Below are positions 1 through 11,530 of a stretch of 64,000 bases of DNA, piece by piece. The stretch comes from Camelus dromedarius (lineage: Eukaryota). The stretch lies in contig NC_087437.1 in the NCBI RefSeq assembly GCF_036321535.1, forward strand, positions 23,872,001 to 23,936,000, written 5' to 3'. Each line of letters starts with the position of its first letter. Position 1 is the stretch's first letter. The position numbers and the translations under genes are program-made. The notes below the pieces were generated by a model that was not told the origin of the DNA, did not search any database, and worked only from the letters and a program-made list of their open reading frames with translations.

Positions 1-501
1 TGAATTTGTTCATTTTTAACTTTTATGAATATACAGTATTTGCAAAATAATTAGTTGTTACAAATGAAATAAATTTTAACTAGATTTAATTAAAAAGTAT
101 ATGAGTTTATATTAAAATTACTTTTTAAAGGTTTTAATTAATTTTGCTATACAAATTGAAAATAAAGCAAAGACTGTAATTCAAAGCAATTCATCATAGG
201 AAGTTATATTTGAATATAAAAATGTCTATATCCTTTCTCCACAATACACAACAAAAAAGAAAATGTACAGAAAAAAATGTATAAAAAATTTTAAGTAAGC
301 GATACAGAAAACAAGCTCTTTACTTTGAAAAGTAAAAATCATGTAGGATCATGTACCTGGAGCTTCGGGTATCACGGTATAATTAACATATGCTATAATA
401 AGTCATTTAAATAAAGAAAAAAAATCCACTGTGTTTTTCTTTTACATAGTCCCAGTCAATATATGGACCTTAAATTTTCTGAGGAGACTTTCATTCATCC
501 A

Positions 502-555
502 TTACCACACTCCTGATCTCTGTTCACCTCTAGTGTTTTCAAAAAACATGAAGTC
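502..555 (-). CDS. PLSCR1: PLSCR1 last coding exon (exon 9): DFMFFENTRGEQRSGVW*
   Basis: Acceptor tttttacctag|GAC; TAA at 504-502; typical scramblase C-terminus DFMFFE. Confidence 0.93.
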   Translation of the reverse strand, partial: DFMFFENTRGEQRSGVW

Positions 556-1499
556 CTAGGTAAAAACAAAATAAAGAAATGAGTTTTCAGCAAGAAAACA
601 GATCAGTTCTTGGATGAATAAATGCTAAGGAATCTGACGGAACAGAATAACCATACCTGCTAAACAAGAAAAACCTGTAATAGTAGATCTGGGGAAAACT
701 GATAGCTTCAGCTTTCCATTTTAATGGCAGTTAAATCCTGTATTTCTATTCCCTTACTGATACCTGCATGAATTTAATTAATCCTCTGGTAATTTCTCTA
801 AATTTCACTTTTTTCACACCCCCTTAGAATGTTTCTCTTTCAGTCTTTCTTCCTCAACTTTTTGTACTCCCTGTCTAGCAATGTAACTTGTGTTGTGACC
901 GGAGTTCCACGTACAATTTTTAGATTGTTTCAGGACAATGACAGCCATCTTAGAGTTAGACTAACATCTTAGAGTTTTTTGGCCCAGTTTCATGATTTCT
1001 TTTCCCAACTTGTCCACTGTGTTCCCCAGCTTGTCTTACTTGCTCCATCAGTTTCTAGCCAGACCCTCTCCCCTACTGACTTCTGTCCAGTCCTATGAAT
1101 TCTACCTCTCTCCCATCTATCATTATCCTGTATCCCTTTACCAAAAAATAATGGAATCCTTATCACCTTTCACTTGCACTATTGCACTATTACAATTTTA
1201 CCTCTCTTCAATCCATTTCTCCCACAGTCACCAGGACATAACTATTTTATTTATGCCTATCTGAAACTAATGAGTTAACTGAACAATTTTCAGTATTTTC
1301 CCAAGGTCTACAAGACGTTGCCCAACCTCTACCCCATAGGCATTTCCTAATAACCTCACCACTACCCCCAACCCCATTTTTCATCTATCCCAACACCCTA
1401 GACTACTCTCTCTCTTCTCTATACACATCATATCTTTGGTTGTGGTATATAAACCTTTGGTTAAACAGTTCCCTAAGGCTAAAGTTAATATTTTCTTTT

Positions 1500-2100
1500 C
1501 TTGTGAAATAAACATTTATTGAAAACACAATTTTTAAATAGAACTGTGGTTCTATTTAAAACTTTATATGGAAAATACTGACCCTACACCAAATTAGATA
1601 GAATAGCATAATAAAGTCCCCGTGACCACTCACCCAGCTTTAACAGTTATTAACATGAACAGTCTTGGTTCATCAATTACTCCATCCCCCATATCCCCCT
1701 GCCCTCACACCTATTATTTAAAAGCAAATCTGTGATTCCATATCATTTTATACTGAAGTACTTCAGTACGTAGCCCATAAAGAATATGGACTGTTTTTAT
1801 TTTTCTACAACCACAATAGCAACATCGCATCTCTAAAAAAAACCTTAATAATTCATTAATATCATCAAATAGCCAATGTCCAAATTTCCCAGAATGCCTT
1901 ATGTCTTTTTGTATTGATTTCTTCAAATCAGTATCCAAACATGTTCTGCAAACTACATTAAGCTGATGTCTATTTTTATTTTTATCCTTTTATTTCCCTG
2001 ATATTTATTTGTTGAAGTAACTGGATCCCTTTTCTGTATTATTCTCTCGCTTTTTAGTTTTTTTTTTTTTCCTGATTGCATCTGCATGTCAGTGTTTAAA
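1500..2100 (-). mobile_element. Old L1 3'-end fragment (L1MC-like)
   Basis: Motifs such as cacccagctttaacagttattaac and gcaaatctg...catatcattttatactgaagtacttcagta. Confidence 0.55.
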
Positions 2101-2109
2101 ATATTAATC

Positions 2110-2440
2110 TAGTGGCTCCAAACCGTGCTTGCATATTGGAATCACATGACAGCTGGACACAGCTTAAAGACTTGGATCCACCTCCAGAGGCTTTGGTTTA
2201 CTAGATCTGGGTACAGTCTTGCCATGGGGAGTGTGAAAGCTGCTGTGCAGCTAAGGCTGAAAACCACTGCTCTGTTCCAGGAGTCCTTGACACTGGCTGT
2301 GTACAGAATCATCAGGGGAACAACACAAACTTTAAATTCTGAGATTCTTAGTTTAACTGAGGTATGGCCAGATACAGTTTTTTTTTAAAAAAAATCTCCC
2401 TAGCTGTTTTAATATGAAGGTAAGTTCAAAATCATTGCTC
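2110..2440. mobile_element. Two adjacent MER5-type (hAT-Charlie) DNA transposon relics
   Basis: agtggctccaaac...gaatcac...ctgaaaaccactgctct, followed by a second degenerate copy. Confidence 0.5.
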
Positions 2441-2903
2441 TATCCTATATATTTCCTACCAATTGGCAGTACCATATAAGGCTTGTTTGAATGTAGACTG
2501 TTACTACAGTTTATATTCCTGTATTAGATGATTTAATTTAATAACGGATTAGGATATCTCCTTGTTTCCCTGAGACTTATTCCACTTAAACACACTGGAA
2601 GGTTCAAACTCTTCTCCAAAGCACTATTTAGATTTTTTTTTAATTGCTAAAACCAGAGCTTCTCATTAACACATAAGATCCTTTTGTTACCATGTGAAAC
2701 TGCATGGAACCTCCCAAGAGAAGCTAGTCACCTGTAAACCCAGAGTAGCAGGAGAATATCGAATTTCAGAGGTAAGATTAAATGGGACCCCTCTGAATAA
2801 ACCTACACATTTAAGGTCATTTAGAAATATAAAAATTACTAAATTATTTCTGAATGCTACTAGAGAAACCATCTATACTCCAGATTAGCAAGAACAGACT
2901 TAC

Positions 2904-3065
2904 AATGAGGAAACAGGCACCAAGCATGACAGCTTTCATTTTCACATCAAGGTCTAAGGGGAACTGGATGCCAAAGTTATCGACGTCTGTAAATAACTCT
3001 CTCACAAGGCCAGTCCACTGTTTGGAAATCTTGCCAACCACATATTTATCATCAAGAGATTTAAT
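2904..3065 (-). CDS. PLSCR1: PLSCR1 exon 8 (162 nt): [54 protein letters not shown] (NLS region, putative Ca2+-binding motif, C-terminal helix)
   Basis: ctag|ATT acceptor, ATT|gtaag donor; overlaps ORF 2844..3041. Confidence 0.95.
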
Positions 3066-4051
3066 CTAGATTGAGAAAAAAGACAGTCAAAGAAATCTGG
3101 AAAACTATTAATAAAACTACTTTTAAAGTGGGAATAAAATGAAACAAATATTCTATTAAAATCATATGTCATTCATAACTATGAACATTATAATAATATA
3201 TTAGATTCATATAGATACCTAAATCTATTTACAGATGCATTTAAAAAACTTTCTTTGCTACAGAGAACTAATATATGAAAGTAGTTTTATTGACATTTAA
3301 CATTTTCTATGCTACATTAAGATAGACAGTAATAAATTAGTTGAATTGATCCAAATATAATTTAAGCAGGAAAAGACACAACTATGAGATATTGCTTTGA
3401 TGAAATTTCTAGAAGCCATCAAGTGGGTAGGAAATGAAAATTGCATCTGAGTTCTCCTAAGACAAGCACAAAGAGTTTACAAAGGCTGAGTGAGGTGATG
3501 GGAGGCCCCATTGTCACCTGCTGTCAGTAGGAAAACGTGAAATGCCAGGAGCTTGGAAAAGAGGACTGGCAGTTCTGAGTGAAGGAAAGTAACCAGTAAG
3601 TGGGATGCCCCAGGTCCAAGGCTGGGGTCAGACTGGACAACAGGAGGGGATGGGTGACACCAAACGAGAAAGTGTGTATGAAAGAAAAAGGCTCCAAAGT
3701 AAATTTCTTCTAATTTTACAGTTCTGCCTGTGGAAAGCCAAAGGCCATGATAAAGAGTTGAACAGCTTATAGCCAGACAGATGCACCTCACCAAGCAGGC
3801 ACGTAGGGGCTAAAAGTAGCCCCCAGTCACCAAAGTATGTACAGGCAGGGTTGTGTGAAACCAGGAAGAGGAGCATCCTTTTCAAATGTGCACAAGGTAC
3901 CACAAGGTACCAAATGTGCATGTATTAAATCCTAGCTCAGGTTGGAACTAGCTACATAAATATGGGGAAACTAAAAACAGCTGACTCATTTTATTTGGGT
4001 TTGAGTAGTTAAGTTCTTTAAAAACCTGAATGAAACTTCTAATATGAACAC

Positions 4052-4490
4052 TGTGATAGCATGGGTTACTCTTCATCAAATATTTATTTCAATCTCCTTC
4101 CACTGTTAGCACAGTATCCTTCCCTGCACATTGAAATTAGGCTTGGCCATGTGCCTTGTTTGACTGACAGAGTGTTAGTGGATGTGACATGAGCAGAGAC
4201 CTTAAACAGGGCCGAGTGGTTTGGCCTTGGTCTTGCTCTCCAGGGATCAGCCACCAGAAAAGCATGATCCAGGCAGTTGCTGTGGCTACAGTTCCAGATT
4301 GAACATACCCGGAGCGGACTTGAGCCCAACTGGCAGCCTAAATCAGAGCTGTCTGGCTAAGCCTCAGTATATTCCCTAGACACAGTTAACATGCAGACCC
4401 ATAAACATGAGAATAAATTCCTGTTTTCTTAAGCTACTGACCTTTAGGGTTATTTATAATGCCACTATTGTGGCAATATAGACTAATACA
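4052..4490 (+). mobile_element. MaLR LTR (MLT1 family)
   Basis: ggcttggccatgtg...gtgacatgagcagag; aataaa...ttaagctactga...gactaataca end typical of MLT1. Confidence 0.7.
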
Positions 4491-5189
4491 AATTCCCTAT
4501 TGCACACCTTAGTGTTTTATCTGCTAACAGCTGTCATCTAAGCATTTGAAGCTATTAATGAAACTTTCCGTTTTATTTTTTAATTCATTTTTAATTTTTC
4601 AAAAAATTTTAAATGAAATATACAAAAGATAATTTATCAGCCAGTATAATCCTTCCACTAGACTTAACCACATATTAACTTTTCCCCTTTTTGATTCTGA
4701 TAGCAAGAAATTTAAAAATTCACCCAAACTTTATGTAAGAAGTAGAATATATCTTTTTTTATTGGAAAGGAACAAAAAAGTGAATAAGGAACTACAACTG
4801 AAAACTCAATAGGACTAGAAAATTTTTAGCTAAATTCTAGGAAATATTTTAAAAACAGAAAACCTATATATAATATATATATATTATATATGTATATTAC
4901 ATATATATAATAAACTAATTTTAACTTCTGGAAATAATAAACTGGTATTATATTACTATTAAACTTATAAACCTATACATTTAATACAAATAATTGATAA
5001 AGGTATTCTAAAAGGAAATCTATAGGTTCCTCTCACAATACGTATATAAATGCAAAAAACCCAAATAGAACATTAACACATAGAACCAAGTATTAAAAAA
5101 ATACTATAACAAAGTATAAAACACTAAAAAATATGATTCAAAGCATATGAGTGTGTCCATAGGTACTAAAAAGGTATTTATTTACCTAC

Positions 5190-5440
5190 TAATTAAGCAT
5201 ATTTATAACATTTAGTATATGCATGGTATATAAATGCTTTATAAATTTTAGGTAATTTCTTCCTCATAATATCTCTCTAGGCTATATACTATTATTATAC
5301 ACAAGTTTCATATGAAAAAACTACAGCTAAGAGAGGTATGTAATTTGTCCAAGTTCACAAAGATAAGAAGTCATGGGGATGGATTTCAAACCCAGGCATT
5401 CTTCTCCAGAGTCTGTATTCATGACCATTATGATGCTCTG
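5190..5440 (-). mobile_element. MIR SINE
   Basis: Core-like agagaggtatgtaatttgtccaagttcaca...ggatttcaaacccaggca. Confidence 0.65.
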
Positions 5441-5477
5441 CTTTTTAGAAATTTAAGTATCAACTCAATAAAAATCT

Positions 5478-5714
5478 AGGTCAGGGCCAGCAAACAAAGG
5501 TCAGTGAGCCAAATCTAGCCTGCCCCAATTTAGTAAGAAGTTTTATTAGGACACAGTCACACCCAGTATTTATGTATTGTCTATGAATACATTCATGCTA
5601 AAATGGCAGACTTGAATATTTGTAACATTGACCATATGATCCAGAAGTCTAAAATGTTTTCTATCTTTTCTTTTCTTTTTTTTTTTTTAAAAAAGCTTGG
5701 TGATTCCTGCTCTA
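5478..5714. mobile_element. MER58-like DNA transposon
   Basis: cagggccagcaaac...gccaaatctagcctgcc...gttttattaggacacagtcacaccca...tattgtctatg. Confidence 0.65.
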
Positions 5715-5849
5715 GGTAAAACAGGAATAGACAAATACTGTGAAAAATAGACAATATCTTTCTAAATTATTAAACATTTGCTGCTATTTCAATTGAATTA
5801 TCAACTTGGTAGGTATGTACAAAATTGGCAGTATTTTTCAGTTGTGCTG

Positions 5850-6850
5850 TAAGAAGTAGGCTGGAAAAGAAAATACGCTAATTGGAAAATTAGAAGAGCT
5901 TGAATGATTTCATTTGCTATGTGATTTTATACCTAGATAAATCAAGTAAATATATATAGCAAAAATGCCTTCTAAATGTAATACTAGAATCTAGTCACAA
6001 GACTGAATAAAAGGTAAACACTGAATAAAAGGTAAAATATTTCTCAATATTGACAATGAGTACCTAAAAATATAAATATTGCTGATCAGTATGATAATGC
6101 CTATGAATTACTTAGGAAAAATTCCACAAAAGATAGTGATTCTATATGAAGAAATCTATATGATCTTATGAAGAATAAAAAATTAGATATAAATGAATTA
6201 ACATATATAACACTTCTGGGATGAGACAAGGTTAGCATCATAAATATGTTAAGTTTTAAAAAAAATCATGAACACATTTAATACAATACCAATTGGTATT
6301 GTATTCTAACTTCTGAAAAATGTAATGAAATAACCTTAATGTTCACAGGAAAGGAAACATCTGACAGTATCAAGAAAATATGATAAAAATAATTAGTGAC
6401 TATTTGGCTATGACTAGATATAGGATGTATCATTAAGTCAGCATAATTGAATCATAAGGTGCTGCTGTAAGAACAGGTAGTGATATCAGTGCAACAGAGG
6501 TAAGAATCTAGAAATAGATCCCATTACTTGTGGGAATTTAATGTACAGCATTTCAATTTAGCAAGAAATGAATGGTTTACTTAATAAATTGTGATCACAC
6601 AGTTGTCTAGCCAACTGACCAAAGTACAAAAAGGTTAGATTTGTGGGAAGTATTTGAAAATCAGAGAACAGAGTTACAGAAACAGAGTAAAGTCTTCAAC
6701 ACACAAATTACACTTATAAACTGACAAGAAAAAAGTAAACAACCCAATAGAAAATACAGGCAATGGATATTAAAGGACAATTGAAAGAGCAAATACAAGC
6801 AGCCGGTAAACAGAGAAAAATGCTCATAATCCCTAACAGTCAGGGAATCA
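5850..6850 (+). mobile_element. Degenerate old L1 (ORF2 region) fragment
   Basis: A-rich L1-like motifs (aatctagaaatagatccca; aacaacccaatagaaaat; aatgctcataatccctaacagtcaggga). Confidence 0.55.
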
Positions 6851-8602
6851 CATATTAGAGATAACCTTCCCTACTCCTATCTGCTGATTTTAGATTTCCT
6901 ATTTTAGTTTGCAGTTTATCTGAGCTGAGTCTGGGTGTTATTTCTTTTTCTTACCAGAACTCCTTGCAATTTCTGAATCTGAGGATCCTTGGCACCAAGT
7001 CTGCAAGATTCTTACCCATGTATCTCTTTGAGCATTATCTCAAAACATCCTCTGTCCTCTCTTTTTCTGTAATTCCTCTTTGGCATACACAACAGTAGTT
7101 TATTCTAGCTTCCATGTCCCTTCAAATTTGTCTTCTTCCCACCTCCTCTTTATTTTCCTCACATGGGATCATCCAGTTCCCTAATTCTGTCCTCACCTGT
7201 ATCTAATTTGTAGCTCATCCTTTCAAATGAGGTTTTATCAATGACTATTCCTCATTTTCGGAGGTTCTGCTTGACTTGTTTTCATCCTCTTTTCCTCTAT
7301 AACTTGTTTCATCTTTCCCTTATAACCTTTTTTTTTCCCCTTAGGCTCTTTAGTGTCTGTTTAGGTATTTCTTAGATGATTGATTGCAGACTGTTCTATT
7401 ACATGCAGTTTGTTTCTGATGGATTAGTTTCTGGAGCAGTGTGTAATTTTTGAGTCTACTCATGTGAAGACAGGCTTATTCTGTAGGAGTAGAGGGTGCC
7501 CTTGGTGATCAATCTCCTTCTAGTATGCTTTTGCATTCAATTCTCCCATCTGTATCACCACTCAACATCAAGATCTATATTTTGAGATTCATGAACCATA
7601 ATGGTGGTATGAATTCAATCTTGAAACTCATTGAGAGGACTGGATTGGGATATCAGTTTCATGTAGGCATATTTTTTTCCTCCTACTGCAAGAAGACAGA
7701 TTCCCTTATCATCTCTATGGGATACAAAGTCTACTTGCCCTTCTTTTACTCCCCTTGGGATAATCTTCTCATGGCTTTAACTACCATAAGTATGCTGAAA
7801 ACTCTGGCATTTTTCCCTTACATACCTAGAATCCACCATGACTCAGAAACAAATCATCAGCTTCCCACAAATCAACTGTTTCCTTTTCAAGATCCTTAAT
7901 TTGGCCAATGGCATCATTATTCATTCAGGTTCTTAAACATCAGACATCAGACTAATGAGACATAAGACTCATCTGTAAATTTTCTTTCATTCTCCACTGA
8001 CATCCAATCTATGAAACGTTTCCACTCACTACACTTAGGAAATGTTTCTGAGTTGTTTCTTCTTTTGGAATGGCTCTTGCTCCTTCATATTCAGGGTATT
8101 ATCTCTTTTCTACTCCAGGTTTCCATGAAATTGGCACCATAATGGGGTCCATGTTCCATAGTCGTCCCTCATACTGATAATTCCTGCTTTCAAAATTTCC
8201 ATTATCTAGCCTACAGAAAGTGACTCAAAAGACTATTTTCTCAATTCCCTTAAAGGTGTTGCCTAGTTAGAACCATTCTAGATGCACAGGAGAGAAGTTA
8301 ATTCATTGTACATAATGGATGCTTTAAGGCATCCTTTGGTATGCTGGATGATTTCTAACTTTCTTATCATTAAATATAAAAGTTTCACACTCCAGTCTGA
8401 CTTGCTTCACCAGTATTTTCATTTATTTTATATAAATAAAATATATACCAGCAAAACTTCCATTAATATTCCCTGAAAAAAACAATTACTTTTTCACTCC
8501 TCTGGATCTTTTATGGGAATGATAACCCCTACATAGGGAACTATTATTATAATCCATAATCTTGTAAAATCTTTAAACATACATAGTTTATATCTACCCC
8601 CT

Positions 8603-8635
<33 letters not shown>

Positions 8636-8646
8636 CACACACACAC
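8603..8646. repeat. (CA)n microsatellite, interrupted
   Basis: Direct read. Confidence 0.95.
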
Positions 8647-9642
8647 ATACTCTGCATCCTTTGTAAGAGTCTTTATAAAGTCTCTATTACATTGTAATGT
8701 GTTTTCTTAGAATTTCCTGTCTCCCTCATTAGACTCTGAAGCCACTGAGGGGTGATCGTCTTTATATAACAGAGGAATTGAAAATTATATGACTACAGAA
8801 GCCAGGCAGATAATATAAAAGGATGAAGCTGGATAGTAGAAAACCTTGGGAAGTCAGGAGACTGTGGCAGAGTTCCTGCATCTTATTTCTCATAAGGGGG
8901 CAGCCCTGCTCAGCTTTAGATTTTTGTCCCTTCTATGAAAAGGATCTAGTTTAACAGATTTTATACTTATAAAAGAGAATCATGATATTAAGATTAAGTT
9001 TTATAATCTGTTGAGTTTTAAGCATTTGCAACTAAATAATATGGGCTATAAGGCTGGGCCCCATTTGTTGAAAAATTGCTGTGAAGAAATTCCTCCAGGT
9101 AGTAAATACAAGGATAGATTGTGATTTCTGAGGAGTGAATTTAATACAAGGATAAAGGAGAGATCACAGAGAAGCATAAATGGGTAGTACATCTTACATT
9201 ATTTTTGTTAAAATTCTCTTTGCATAATTGGGCGTTTTGTAGGAACTCAAATATGAAGAGGGCCTAGAGCACTGGCAGCCTGCTGTGGTTCAGACTAAGG
9301 AGGGACCATAGGCTTTGGGAATCAGACTTAGATGAGAAAGTTAACGTTCCATTTAAAATGGATAATATACATACAGGAACCAACATATTTAAATGTTAAA
9401 TGGTTTGTTTATATTTATTTGACTACAAAGCTCTGTTTTTTTTTCCATTTAGCATAGTCAACACTGATGTGTAATCAGACCAATAACCATCTCTCTGACC
9501 AAAGATAAACATATGAGCACACTGAGTCCCTCTTGAGATACAAGGATGTACACATTTATTTAATATGTTTATAATATCCTCCCAGTTTATATTATCCTTA
9601 TATTAGGAAACCAAGACCTATAAACATTATCACATCTCTTAC

Positions 9643-9804
9643 CTCAAAATCAACATCTGCACAACAGCTGCAGACAATACATGGGCCAGTAATTTTCAGA
9701 ACATCTTCTCTCCTCTCATTTTGAACTGTAAACTTTGGCAGGCATAGGTCCCAGGTCTGATTAACATAACCTATGGGTACACCAGGAGGAGCGTAGACTT
9801 CTAT
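9643..9804 (-). CDS. PLSCR1: PLSCR1 exon 7 (162 nt): [54 protein letters not shown]
   Basis: tttgtag|ATA acceptor, GAG|gtaag donor; manual translation gives a scramblase-domain segment. Confidence 0.95.
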
Positions 9805-9849
9805 CTACAAAAGCAAAGGAATATAAAAATCATAATCACAACAATGTCT

Positions 9850-10110
9850 AATAAGAACTCTCATACTGAACACTTTCTAAGTGTCGGACACTGTTCTAAG
9901 GACCACATCCTTAATTCTTAATTTGTTCTTAATTCATACCACATCCCTACCAGGTTGGCACTATCATTCCTATTAATAGGAGAAATAACTGAAGAACAGA
10001 TAGGTTAATTAACTTGTATCATATTCCCCAGCTGCAAAGTAGAAGAGATGAGACACAAACGTGGGGAGGCTGTGTGCACAGTCTACACTCTGAGCACTGC
10101 TCTACTGGCC
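9850..10110 (-). mobile_element. MIR SINE
   Basis: tactgaacactttctaagtgtcggacactgttctaag...actgaagaacagataggttaattaacttg. Confidence 0.6.
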
Positions 10111-11309
10111 TCATGTATTTCTAAATTTCCACACGAAAAATGTCTAAATTGCAAAGAGCTCTTTACCTAAGCTCCTTTAAAAACAGTAGTTTAGATGCAT
10201 GGACAGAGCTCTGATCACTGGGGCAGTTTTCAAATATGAGTGGCAGTGGTGCTGTGATGGAAAGAAATGGAGCCTGGAGTGTTGGTTCTGCTGTATAGTT
10301 GGGCCACTTTGAGACCATCCCAGTATGCTTATCCTAACTAAGGACCTCCTAGGACTGTTTATTGAGATCAATAATATAATGTATGCTAATATGCTCTATA
10401 AATTGTAGAGAATATTCTGTCAAACGCTTAGTTTTTCCTCACTTATTCTTATGAATATTATTATTATCTAAACTAAACGACATGGAAAACAAAACAATTC
10501 GGTATGAATAAGATCAGTTTTCCTTTCAAAATAAGTACAGTATTAGACGTCAGATATCTATGTGCTTGCATGTCTGTCCTGCCCTCACAGCTGCCCGTAT
10601 GGATGGCTGAGTGACAGGCAGGGCTGGGCTCAGGCCCGTGGGATCTAGGCAGAGGCCAACTTCCTGTAAACACTCTGCCTGGCGTCTCCCCGAGATCCAT
10701 GTTCTCTGCCAGGCTGTCAAGTAACATGAAAGAGACCACTGGACCTCATGGAGCTGAAGGTGCTCACAACTAGCATATCCCTATAACAGGGACTCAAATA
10801 TGTTACTTTTTTCCAATGGAGAACTGAAAAACACAGGAGTTGAGATTTCTCAGGGGGCCTTCTCCTAGGTTTGCTCCTTGTAGGTTGGCTAAAATTGTGA
10901 GATGAACACATCTGTCCTTTTCCTCATTCTTCTGTCCACTTGCCTCTGGGATGGCATTCGAGGGTATCTCCATGGTGCCCTCCTCTGGCATTGGCCAGGC
11001 CCTCATGGTCATTTTGGGAGAGGGACTTGACTGAGGTGCCCTACCTGCTTAGCTCTCCCTGAAGATTGAGGCGTCTGGTCTCTGAGATCTCTGATCTCAC
11101 CCCCCAGGAGGCGCCCTACTCAGGGACAGGGGGCTAAGTGCTCACTCTTTTCCACCTGCCTTCCTTCCTGTACAGTTTACTCTCAGGTATAAACCAATAG
11201 CTTGTGGACCACTTTTCCTTTAGATCTCAGTTTGATTATATAAATTCAACAAGAGGGTAAAATTCTTACAGAACTACTTTGCAAAGTACCCTGGTAACCG
11301 CTCACCAAC

Positions 11310-11530
11310 CTCCTGCAGGCAGCAGGGGAAACAACAGCTGGTACACCGTAGTGGTCTCTCCAGAGTTATGACCTCTCGGCCCATGTTATCAAGAATCCTC
11401 ATGGTAAAAGGCCTAGAAGGCCCACAGAAATTTCGGGTACAGCAATCAGTATCCTCTGCTGCAAAGTAAATCTTCTGTCCAAGGCTGTTCTTAATTTCAT
11501 ATTTGTTACTAGTTTCAAAACCTGTAAGGA
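11310..11530 (-). CDS. PLSCR1: PLSCR1 exon 6 (221 nt): [74 protein letters not shown] (palmitoylation Cys cluster)
   Basis: ttttag|TC acceptor, GAG|gttggt donor; overlaps ORF 11274..11555. Confidence 0.95.
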
